Virus record (IMG/VR): IMGVR_UViG_3300047300_000894
Coordinates: 1-61,976 of that record
Source: a virus
Lineage: Duplodnaviria > Caudoviricetes
Direction: 5' to 3' (one strand)
Length of the DNA: 61,976 nucleotides
Position numbers and translations under genes: made by a program
Notes under the pieces: model-generated
The model's input: only the letters and a program-made list of their open reading frames with translations
What the model was told of the DNA's origin: nothing
The model's database searches: none
Shown here: positions 1 to 7,819 of the stretch, piece by piece
Layout: each line of letters starts with the position of its first letter
Position numbering within the stretch: the first letter of the stretch is position 1

Positions 1-127
1 TTGTGTAAGTCATCTACGAACGACTCTTGGCTAACAACCTTGCTAACTTCTTTAAATGTGTGAGAATTTTCAAGAAGATATGCTATGATATCCTTCTCTA
101 ATAATGTGTCCACTAATGTGGGAAATT
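1..127. repeat. Terminal direct repeat, copy 1 (circular assembly overlap)
   Basis: Bases 1-127 are identical to 61850-61976, and the start of dnaB lies inside the overlap. 127 is a common assembler k-mer. Confidence 0.95.
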
Positions 128-130
128 TAA

Positions 131-823
131 TTACCATTTGTCTGGGATTTGAATTTCAAAACTTGTTTGGTTTACTTGTGCTGTAGTAGGCTGATTAGAT
201 GATGTTGGTATTTCATCCTCCCAAACCCGATGACCGATGTACCTCTCAGGGTCTTTCCGATAGGTAGGGTCTGGTCTTAACTCTTTGTACTTCGGAATGG
301 CTATTAAGATGGCATCTTTTTCAGACTCTTTTAATTTCATCCATTTAGCCTTCGCCTTCTCTTTGCCTACCTTCTTTCCGTACAAATCCCAAAACTCTTC
401 GAATCGGTCATTAATTACTTTTTTATTCTCTTTAATATTAACTTTATTATATGGTGATTGTATAGCATCACCCCCCTGATTGCCCGCAATCACCCCCCCT
501 GATTGTATAGCATCACCCCTTTTGGCTTCGCTTTCCTCTTTTAGTAGGGATAAATCAACTATTTTAATCATTCTGCTACCAAAATCGCCCGAACTTTTTA
601 GTGATGCTTCTCGTGTAATTAAATTCTTTTCTTCCAACTCTTTTATTAGTGATCGTACATACGGAATAGACATCCCTAATGTATCAGCGATATACTGATT
701 CGAAGCAAAGCAATAGCCATTCTTATTAGACAAACTAATGAGAACTCCAACCAATAACTTTGCACTCGAAGACAACTCCTTACTCGAAAGAACTTCCGTA
801 GGAATTATTGCATACCACTTCAT
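131..823 (-). CDS. Phage replication initiator (N-terminal winged HTH, lambda O-like layout)
   Basis: N-terminus YAIIP...LSSSAKLL..L..LSNKNGYCFASNQYIA is HTH_36-like. It has an internal iteron linker and a C-terminal FEEFWDLYGKKVGK..A...W domain, and it lies directly upstream of dnaB across the junction. Confidence 0.85.
   Translation of the reverse strand: MKWYAIIPTEVLSSKELSSSAKLLVGVLISLSNKNGYCFASNQYIADTLGMSIPYVRSLIKELEEKNLITREASLKSSGDFGSRMIKIVDLSLLKEESEAKRGDAIQSGGVIAGNQGGDAIQSPYNKVNIKENKKVINDRFEEFWDLYGKKVGKEKAKAKWMKLKESEKDAILIAIPKYKELRPDPTYRKDPERYIGHRVWEDEIPTSSNQPTTAQVNQTSFEIQIPDKW
421..519. promoter_or_regulatory. Putative replication origin: 3 iterons plus AT-rich tract inside the initiator gene
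   Basis: 16-bp pseudo-palindromes TGATTGTATAGCATCA (455-470, 500-515) and TGATTGCCCGCAATCA (477-492) are separated by C6/C7 spacers, with an AT-rich tract at 421-452. Confidence 0.75.
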
Positions 824-1026
824 TATAAACTATTTTGTTCGGCTTCTAAAAATTTAATTTCTCCAACTAACTCTTCAATTTTATTGAGAATAATATCGAA
901 CGCTGACATTTCTGGAGATGCATATTGCATAACCTTCTCCCATTGTGCTAAATCAATCTTGATATGTGCAATCTTTACCTTGCATATAACCCTAAATGCT
1001 TGCTTTTCTATTTCTTCTAAATCCAT
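823..1026 (-). CDS. Hypothetical protein (likely start MDLEEIEKQ)
   Basis: Coupled to the initiator start. The upstream extension of the ORF runs through a terminator-like hairpin. Confidence 0.55.
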   Translation of the reverse strand: MDLEEIEKQAFRVICKVKIAHIKIDLAQWEKVMQYASPEMSAFDIILNKIEELVGEIKFLEAEQNSL

Positions 1027-1030
1027 AGCG

Positions 1031-1070
1031 AAAAAAAACCCCAAGACCTTTGAGGGAAAGAATCTTGGGG
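1031..1070 (-). terminator. Terminator/attenuator-like hairpin in the leader of the replication operon
   Basis: Minus strand reads CCCCAAGA...TCTTGGGG followed by T8. Confidence 0.6.
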
Positions 1071-1130
1071 ATAGGATTTTACCTATTTGTTTCGAGTACA
1101 ATCCCTCAATTGAACTCCAAACTTGGTTTA

Positions 1131-1138
1131 CAAATATA
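1131..1138 (-). promoter_or_regulatory. Bacteroidota -7 promoter element TATATTTG
   Basis: Matches TAnnTTTG and lies intergenic, upstream of the replication genes. Confidence 0.55.
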
Positions 1139-1144
1139 ATACAA

Positions 1145-1438
1145 TTAATTTATTCTTTCACAACTAATTACATTCATAATTGGAATTCCTATCGTTCGTG
1201 TTGAATCAGTAGGATTAGAAAAGATTAATGTTCTATAGTCATCTGTTGCCTCAAGGTACATAGAAACGATTTCTGCATCCCTGTTACCCAATTTATACAC
1301 GACTCTGAACTTATTAATTCGCAACTTCGATTCCGTAGTTAGTTCACGAATGTTTACATTGTGATTCTTGATAGCGTAGATTGGTTTCAATACACCACTA
1401 ACTGATAAATAATTTTGAGCAATTGTTCTGTTTGACAT
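1145..1438 (-). CDS. Hypothetical protein
   Basis: ORF in the tightly packed minus-strand operon. Confidence 0.6.
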   Translation of the reverse strand: MSNRTIAQNYLSVSGVLKPIYAIKNHNVNIRELTTESKLRINKFRVVYKLGNRDAEIVSMYLEATDDYRTLIFSNPTDSTRTIGIPIMNVISCERIN

Positions 1439-1442
1439 AATA

Positions 1443-1934
1443 TTAATTTTTTTTAAGTTTTAAAAGTAAATCTTGTGGATTATCCTTTTCGGTAAATCCG
1501 TACACCCTACCATTTAAATCCCAATGGTAGCACTCATTTGTTCCCTCCCTAAAGGATAGCCATCCAATAATCTGATGACCTTTAGATGCATCGGGATTAA
1601 TTCCACCTATAACTACGGGTTTTAACTCCTTTGTAATTACATCGTAGTATCCCATATCGTACTTCTCTTTGGTGAACTTATACAACCCATTCTTTTTGCT
1701 AACTCCCTTCTCAATGTTCCGTAGTAGCCTCAATCTATCAGATTGATAGGCTGATAAAAACCCCATCACCGATTGAGAGATAGTTAAAGGTAGTTCGCAT
1801 TTCTCGCAAGGCATACTCATCTTCTTGCGATTACTATTAGTAAACAACTTCACTAATTCTTCAGCATTCTGATCGTGTCCACACCATCCACACTTTAATT
1901 TGTGCCTCCGTAAAATATTACTGAATTCTGCCAT
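1443..1934 (-). CDS. Zn-ribbon-containing hypothetical protein
   Basis: CGWC and CEKC cysteine pairs. Confidence 0.65.
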   Translation of the reverse strand: MAEFSNILRRHKLKCGWCGHDQNAEELVKLFTNSNRKKMSMPCEKCELPLTISQSVMGFLSAYQSDRLRLLRNIEKGVSKKNGLYKFTKEKYDMGYYDVITKELKPVVIGGINPDASKGHQIIGWLSFREGTNECYHWDLNGRVYGFTEKDNPQDLLLKLKKN

Positions 1935-2172
1935 ACTTTGTTGTGCTTTTATGTGTTAATGTTAAACAACCTGTTGTTGCATCTACATAGCTGGAATCAA
2001 AATTATCTACCCATTCATCTGCTGAAGGATTTAGTACAATTGCCCTTGAATTGCTGTACCTAATCAAGCTAATTGGCTGTGACTTCAATGATATCCCAAA
2101 CCAAATCATAATTGTAGCGACCAATGTAATAACAAATGCTACTGCCTTAAAAACCCCTTCCTTATCTTTCAT
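1918..2172 (-). CDS. Small membrane protein
   Basis: N-terminal hydrophobic helix. Confidence 0.6.
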   Translation of the reverse strand: MKDKEGVFKAVAFVITLVATIMIWFGISLKSQPISLIRYSNSRAIVLNPSADEWVDNFDSSYVDATTGCLTLTHKSTTKYGRIQ

Positions 2173-2371
2173 TTTTCTTTCCCGTTATGTGTGCTGCGAA
2201 TAAAAATGTCGGCAAACAAACTATTATTGATGCCAATAAATTCTCCTTATCAAATTGATTGTCCGTAAATGGTATCAAACAAAATGCTACGGCAGTTATA
2301 CTACCCGATATAATTTTTAAGTCTTTCATAAAATTGTTCCTTAATGCCATATGATTGTTCGTTAATTTCAT
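2162..2371 (-). CDS. Small two-TM membrane protein with three alternative in-frame starts
   Basis: Two hydrophobic segments. ATGs at 2371, 2350 and 2329. Confidence 0.55.
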   Translation of the reverse strand: MKLTNNHMALRNNFMKDLKIISGSITAVAFCLIPFTDNQFDKENLLASIIVCLPTFLFAAHITGKKNER

Positions 2372-2389
2372 ATGATTGTTCCTTAATAG
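2327..2389. repeat. 3 x 21-bp imperfect tandem repeat
   Basis: CATAAAATTGTTCCTTAATGC / CATATGATTGTTCGTTAATTT / CATATGATTGTTCCTTAATAG. Confidence 0.85.
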
Positions 2390-2475
2390 ATTACTAATAA
2401 AAAATAGGCAACTGCGACAAAAATTAATCCCAATCCCAATTCCAAATAGTCACTCGTAGTTACTTGCTTTTTCAT
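2383..2475 (-). CDS. 30-aa single-TM microprotein (not in ORF track)
   Basis: MKKQVTTSDYLELGLGLIFVAVAYFLLVIY. Its start overlaps the upstream stop codon. Confidence 0.5.
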   Translation of the reverse strand: MKKQVTTSDYLELGLGLIFVAVAYFLLVIY

Positions 2476-2759
2476 TATTTTTTTGTGATTTCAAATTTAA
2501 CTGCTTGTGCTGATCCATCTTCAGCATCCTCAATTTCAACTAAAAGTTCTCCATCATATGTAAATCTGATGTCAAACACTCGATGACCTAAAGAGAATGG
2601 ATACCATACCACTCCGAAATCATATGGAGAGAATACAACTTCTGTTCTCTCCTCTTTGCCTTCAATCCTTGCTGATATTTTAGCAACCATAGTGAACGGA
2701 TTCACCGATACATTAATCTTTGTCATTTCCTTGAAATTTAATTTTTGAATTTGGTTCAT
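2475..2759 (-). CDS. Hypothetical protein
   Basis: ORF in the operon; start position uncertain. Confidence 0.6.
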   Translation of the reverse strand: MNQIQKLNFKEMTKINVSVNPFTMVAKISARIEGKEERTEVVFSPYDFGVVWYPFSLGHRVFDIRFTYDGELLVEIEDAEDGSAQAVKFEITKK

Positions 2760-3129
2760 CTACGATAAATCCAGTTATAAGATTTTGAATTAACATCTGT
2801 TCTGCTATTTGATGTGCTTGTTGTAATGGCATCTTGATTGAACGACAACCCTTCTGTACCATCTCTGTCATAACATTCACATCATTGTAGTATACATCTA
2901 CCCAATCGGCTAAATATCGATTACTTCTTGACAGATTAAACCAATAATCGAATCCCTTTTCCGACAAATCAAACACAAAAGATTGTGCCATAAAATGCTG
3001 AAATGATGTAGCCTTTGTTTCAAGAAATCTCTCTAATGAAAATCCTACATTTTGCTTATGGTACTCTGCTTCCCATAATGCTCGTTCCTCGTAAGTTAAG
3101 AGGTCATAAAAATCTTTTTTCGTACTCAT
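2713..3129 (-). CDS. Hypothetical protein
   Basis: ORF preceded by the AACCAAAC leader motif. Confidence 0.7.
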   Translation of the reverse strand: MSTKKDFYDLLTYEERALWEAEYHKQNVGFSLERFLETKATSFQHFMAQSFVFDLSEKGFDYWFNLSRSNRYLADWVDVYYNDVNVMTEMVQKGCRSIKMPLQQAHQIAEQMLIQNLITGFIVDEPNSKIKFQGNDKD

Positions 3130-3219
3130 TTTATTGTTTGGTTAAATTTAAAATTAAAAAATTGCGTTTGGGATCAGTCTATTGCGTAGACGAAATGACC
3201 AATTTTGTAGACGAATAAG

Positions 3220-3867
3220 CTACAATACAGCTCCCCATTGTTCTGCCATAGCATCAGCTATGCCTTGAAATGTCTTGCTCCTTAATCCTCTCCGTTCTTC
3301 GGGAGACTTCGCTTTCTGCAATGCTTCGTAATACCACATCGCTTGCCTTTTAGGTTTCCCTGTTTTGCCATCTATCCATTCCTTGAACTCGCCTTTATCT
3401 ACCATATTTGTTGGCTCTAACTTCGGTAAGTTCTTTAACCACAAACAAGTAGACTTGCTCGCTGAATCGCCAAACCAATATGGCTGAACGATTTGGTCGG
3501 GTTTCCGTAGCTTGGATGAAATAACGCTTATGGGGTTCTCAATAGCTATTCGTGGAATGTCTGCCATCATCAGCTTGTAGACAAACAATAACGCTTGTCG
3601 CTGATTCTCATACCTCTCCTCGTTAGGACTCCCATCTTTATTGTACAGATGCCTTGCTCCACTTACGGACAGATATGTACAAGGGGGATGTGCAATCATT
3701 AAATCCCAACCTTTGTCGATAACTTCGAACACATCTTGTTGGTAATGCCATTCGGGATGCCCCCCACTACAAGGTAGGATGTCGCAACTAAATGCCTCAA
3801 ATCCCAATTTTCTAAATGCTAATGTTACAGCTTGACTCTCTTCGCAAGCAACTAATACTCTCTTCAT
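3220..3867 (-). CDS. DNA cytosine-5 methyltransferase-like protein (short phage type)
   Basis: HPPCT catalytic motif IV and ENP motif VI, with a divergent SAM-binding motif VLVACEES. Confidence 0.75.
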   Translation of the reverse strand: MKRVLVACEESQAVTLAFRKLGFEAFSCDILPCSGGHPEWHYQQDVFEVIDKGWDLMIAHPPCTYLSVSGARHLYNKDGSPNEERYENQRQALLFVYKLMMADIPRIAIENPISVISSKLRKPDQIVQPYWFGDSASKSTCLWLKNLPKLEPTNMVDKGEFKEWIDGKTGKPKRQAMWYYEALQKAKSPEERRGLRSKTFQGIADAMAEQWGAVL

Positions 3868-3885
3868 AATATTTTTTAGGTTAGT

Positions 3886-4179
3886 CTAAATTTTAAATAA
3901 ATCGCCCAGTGGCTGATCGTGAACTGCTTCAATAATTTTATCGTGAACCTCCTTGATAGCTTGTTGCTCGCCAACAATTCTGTTACGATTGGCATACTTG
4001 ATTAGCCATTCCATCTGCTTTTCGGAAACTTCGCCCATCCAAAAATGGATATCGCAAATAGTTACGATAGCCTTGTCCTCTTGATTTGCATTACGATTCT
4101 TTGCGAACTTCTTAATCGTTTGTACATAACTGCTCTTTAATGAGGAATCTTTGCCCTCTAAAATCTCTCGTACATTCAT
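3886..4179 (-). CDS. Hypothetical protein
   Basis: ORF in the operon. Confidence 0.6.
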   Translation of the reverse strand: MNVREILEGKDSSLKSSYVQTIKKFAKNRNANQEDKAIVTICDIHFWMGEVSEKQMEWLIKYANRNRIVGEQQAIKEVHDKIIEAVHDQPLGDLFKI

Positions 4180-4181
4180 AG

Positions 4182-4535
4182 TTATATAAATCTGATTGTG
4201 TAATTACTTATAAATAAATCTCCACTATTATGCTCTCGCTGAAAGCCCTCTAAAGACCATACATTTCCATCTTCTTCGGACATAGCGATAAACTCCTCAT
4301 CCGAATACAAGCTATGATGCTTTGTAAACATACCATCATCTACTGCATACACCCGTACTTCTTTAGGACTCTCAATCCCTTGTGCAACTTGCTCGATAGC
4401 ATCAATCATATCTACGATATGCTTATCGACTGATTCTTCCTCATCGTATTCAGATACTTGAGTAATCCATTCTTGTGCCTCGTATAAATGCACAAGCAAT
4501 TCTTCTCTGCTAAATTTTTCTGTTGAATTTTCCAT
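4182..4535 (-). CDS. Acidic hypothetical protein
   Basis: D/E-rich ORF in the operon. Confidence 0.65.
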   Translation of the reverse strand: MENSTEKFSREELLVHLYEAQEWITQVSEYDEEESVDKHIVDMIDAIEQVAQGIESPKEVRVYAVDDGMFTKHHSLYSDEEFIAMSEEDGNVWSLEGFQREHNSGDLFISNYTIRFI

Positions 4536-4547
4536 TTTGATTATTAA

Positions 4548-4928
4548 TTAAGAATATGAACTATAAGATTTAGTAATTAAAATATCATTAAAAAAGTTTT
4601 CTAATGTTACGATATCCATTTCATAGATATACTTGCCATCAGCTTGGTCTCCATCTAAATATTCAAGATAAAAATAGATTGTCTTTCCTTCCCCTTCGTT
4701 ATGGAAATCTAACCATTCGACTTCGAATGCAGTAACCATATAAACATCTTCAACTTCAAATGGCTGATTAATCAAATATTCTCCAAACAGATTATTGTAA
4801 TTTACACACGACATAATATCCTCATTAAGCTCCTTCCTAATTTGTGATATTTTCATTTTGTACAAATCTTTCTTTGTAAGCAAATTCTCGTTTTCCATTC
4901 TATTATGGTTTAAAAGTTTACAATACAA
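4548..4928 (-). CDS. Acidic hypothetical protein
   Basis: ORF; the true start is probably the internal MENENL. Confidence 0.6.
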   Translation of the reverse strand: MYCKLLNHNRMENENLLTKKDLYKMKISQIRKELNEDIMSCVNYNNLFGEYLINQPFEVEDVYMVTAFEVEWLDFHNEGEGKTIYFYLEYLDGDQADGKYIYEMDIVTLENFFNDILITKSYSSYS

Positions 4929-5161
4929 TACCCTATGAATTGCGAATCGACAAACAAAAACTCATCGTTTACATTTGTGCAAAAATCCCCAACCTATTCG
5001 TAGCCTAACTTATGTAGGCAACAGAAATCAGAAAATTGATTTGGTGTGAACTCTTTGCCTTGTGCATCATCAAGGATTTTTCTATCCACATTACTTGGGT
5101 TTCCGATAATAATCATTGTCTTTTTCATTTCGTTTATTTCGTTTATAGGTTAAAATCTGTG

Positions 5162-5398
5162 TTAGTTAAATTTTAATGTAACATTTGATGTATCTACATC
5201 TCCGTAGCTATCCAATTCATACTGCTGTCCCTCCACTAATACTTCTTCGGGAATGTAACCTACATTATCTAATAGGTCTTCCAACTTAATCGTATATACC
5301 TTATCGATTATTAGGGATTCTATAACTAATGATGTGAAATCGATATCATCGTTATACCAATTCAAGAATTTTACTCGGTCAATAATTAAAGTTTTCAT
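5162..5398 (-). CDS. Small acidic hypothetical protein
   Basis: D/E-rich, with an A-rich leader. Confidence 0.65.
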   Translation of the reverse strand: MKTLIIDRVKFLNWYNDDIDFTSLVIESLIIDKVYTIKLEDLLDNVGYIPEEVLVEGQQYELDSYGDVDTSNVTLKFN

Positions 5399-5424
5399 TT
5401 TGATAAAAATTTAAGGGTTAAAAA

Positions 5425-5835
5425 TTAGAATCTACTTCCGTAATTGGAATCTACTTCTGTGAATTGTATTGAGATATTATCTGATGATGCATCTGCTCCA
5501 ACTACCTCACATATATCTTCCCAATATGTATCTCTCCTAAAATCATCTGCATACAGATTTAGAATATTTACCTTCTTTGGGGATTGAGGAACAAACATCT
5601 TATACTCCTCATTCAAGAATTCATATGCTTCAATCTTCTCATCGGTAGACATCGCAAACCATTCGAATCTTAAATCGGTAATAATCTCCTCGATTTCCTC
5701 ATCTGTGCGATTAGACATAAGAGATAACACATCCTCTTGATGTATCTTACTTAACGCTCCGTACGGCATACATCCGTACCACTCGTTTAACTTTGTGTTT
5801 AAATCCTCGTAGGACTGGTGAATTGAACTTTTCAT
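5425..5835 (-). CDS. Acidic hypothetical protein
   Basis: First ORF after the promoter at about 5890. Confidence 0.7.
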   Translation of the reverse strand: MKSSIHQSYEDLNTKLNEWYGCMPYGALSKIHQEDVLSLMSNRTDEEIEEIITDLRFEWFAMSTDEKIEAYEFLNEEYKMFVPQSPKKVNILNLYADDFRRDTYWEDICEVVGADASSDNISIQFTEVDSNYGSRF

Positions 5836-5889
5836 AACTTTTAAATTTTGATTGTTTTGTTTATGACTGGTGTCTGGTTAAATGACATA

Positions 5890-5920
5890 CAATATTAAAA
5901 CATTAGATTTAAAATTGCAA
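5890..5920 (-). promoter_or_regulatory. Putative promoter TTG-N20-TAATATTG
   Basis: One mismatch to TAnnTTTG, with correct spacing to TTG. Confidence 0.5.
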
Positions 5921-5994
5921 CAATATATTAGGAAAAACTTTAATATCTGTGACTTTTCTCGCATAAAATCCATTCATACTTCACGCAATACGCA

Positions 5995-6645
5995 TTTGGG
6001 ATCTGATATTTTATGTAAATTTTAGTGACAAAATTTTTAACCTGTACCAGAGAAATTCATCCAGCCAGCTCGCCTGCACCAGCCCTGCAGGAGTCAATAA
6101 AAATTTTTAGACTCGCCTAAAAAAGTCTTTTCAACTTGGTCGGTTCACCAGCTCTGTACCAGTGAGTAACTTACATTTCACCTACATTTTACCTACTTAA
6201 TCAAATTTTGCATTCGGGTTCGGTCGTTGTTGATAGTGGTTTTGGTTTTTTGGCGATTTCCCCTGTTTCACCAGAAAAAATTTGGGATCTGTGACCTGTA
6301 TCTTGCAGAAATAATTTTAGACTCGCCTAAAAAACTTTATTGATTTAACCTGTATTTGCACCAGATGGGATCTTTTGTGATCATGAACTTCGCCAGCTGG
6401 GGTGCCTGTACCAGAGTAAAAGAAATTTTTAGACTCGCCTAAAAAATCTTTTGATGGGATCCGTTTTGCCCAGAGGGATCAGACCTGTAAAAATCAAATT
6501 TAACCTGTAGCCAGAAATTTTAAGAAATTTTTAGACTAACCTAAAAAATCCTTGAAATCTAACCTGTATCCACCAGAAGAAAACCTGTGTGATCAGAATC
6601 CTTGCAAAAAAATCTGTGGGATCAGAATCCTTGCAAAAAAAAAAC
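5995..6645. repeat. Non-coding repeat array: 4 x TTTTAGACT(CG/AA)CCTAAAA plus dense CCTG, CCAG and GATC words
   Basis: Copies at 6105, 6315, 6427 and 6529. A 22-bp direct repeat GATCAGAATCCTTGCAAAAAAA occurs at 6591 and 6620. No ORF of 60 aa or more in any frame. Confidence 0.9.
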
Positions 6646-6844
6646 AAATGATTAATCAGATTATCAGCAATTAATGACATCTAATCCCTTGAGAATCGAT
6701 TATATGGATAGAATGTGATGTTGGATGCTGATATCTTGATTCTAAACGATTGTAGGATGCAGTAGAACGATTATGATGCTACAGAAGAATGATTGTGATG
6801 TCGTAGCAGATTTGTTGTTGATAGTGGAAACGATTGCATAGGGC

Positions 6845-6876
6845 AAAAAAAATCCCCCACATTTCTGTAGGGGATT
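6845..6876 (-). terminator. Rho-independent terminator after the GATase gene
   Basis: Minus strand AATCCCCTACA-GAAA-TGTGGGGGATT followed by a T run. Confidence 0.85.
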
Positions 6877-6896
6877 CTGTAATCAATGAGATGGTA

Positions 6897-7751
6897 TTAG
6901 ATGCAATACCATTTTAGATTCTCCATCTCTTCCCATTCGGAATCAGTCAATGATGCTACATCTTTAGACTTGAGATAGTCGTATCTCTCTTGCCATTCAT
7001 CATAGATAGCATCATCCTCATCTTGGCTATAGTATTCGTACCATTTCTTATCATTAGCCTTAAGGTCATCCTTAAATGGGATTGTAGGATTATTCTCTAC
7101 CTTCGGATAATGCACGATGGTTTGTATAGCTTGTTTGGTGTATGTCGGTTTGACATTGTTGTATACCTTCTTGCCACCATAATCAATATAGTTAACCTTC
7201 TTGTATGTAGCATTAGAAAACCAACATCCTTCGAATTCATCATCTCTTTGACCTAACTGCTCATTGACAATCGTGTATTCATTATAGGCATTCAAGAAGA
7301 TTAGCTTACTGCTACCAATGAACTTTTTGATAAGACCAATGATTGCATCATTGTAAAGGAAATCAGATGGTAGCTTACGAAGATAGATTTCATTGAACAA
7401 GTTCGTATCTGACTTCTTTGCATCAATCCCATTCAGTTCACCAATCACTCCATTGTGAACGAATGCAATATCCTTGTTAACTTGGAATGGATGGCAGTTC
7501 GTTTCGTTTACTCCACCACTTGTGCTGATACGGAAATGTAGTACGACATTGGATTTCGGGAAATCTCTTCTGACCTCAACATATTTGTTGTAGAATGCCT
7601 CAAAGGATTTGACCTCTTTGAAGATATGTAATTGATTGTTTGAAACATCTGTCCAAATCATCCCTCCACCATCTCTGTTGTTATCCCAACAATTTTTGAT
7701 AAGAGATTTTTCGAATGTAACATTTGGGGAATTTAAAATTGCGATACACAT
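6897..7751 (-). CDS. Class II (Ntn) glutamine amidotransferase
   Basis: N-terminal Met-Cys nucleophile and the motifs HFRISTSG, NCHPF, HNG and SDT. Confidence 0.9.
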   Translation of the reverse strand: MCIAILNSPNVTFEKSLIKNCWDNNRDGGGMIWTDVSNNQLHIFKEVKSFEAFYNKYVEVRRDFPKSNVVLHFRISTSGGVNETNCHPFQVNKDIAFVHNGVIGELNGIDAKKSDTNLFNEIYLRKLPSDFLYNDAIIGLIKKFIGSSKLIFLNAYNEYTIVNEQLGQRDDEFEGCWFSNATYKKVNYIDYGGKKVYNNVKPTYTKQAIQTIVHYPKVENNPTIPFKDDLKANDKKWYEYYSQDEDDAIYDEWQERYDYLKSKDVASLTDSEWEEMENLKWYCI

Positions 7752-7793
7752 AATATTAATTGTTTTGATTGTTTAAAAAATTGATTTGTTAAT

Positions 7794-7816
7794 GGGGAGA
7801 TTGCTCTCCCCTTTTT
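7794..7816. terminator. Intergenic hairpin (GCAA tetraloop on the minus strand, T run on the plus strand)
   Basis: GGGGAGA-TTGC-TCTCCCC-TTTTT. Confidence 0.6.
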
Positions 7817-7819
7817 GGT

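Noticed and set aside
1-127. Terminal repeat as a biological DTR
   Set aside because: Its length equals a common assembler k-mer and it cuts through the start of dnaB, so it is best read as a circularisation overlap.
6105-6546. CRISPR array
   Set aside because: Repeats are short, spacing is irregular and long (102-210 bp), the intervening DNA is itself repetitive, and there is no cas operon.
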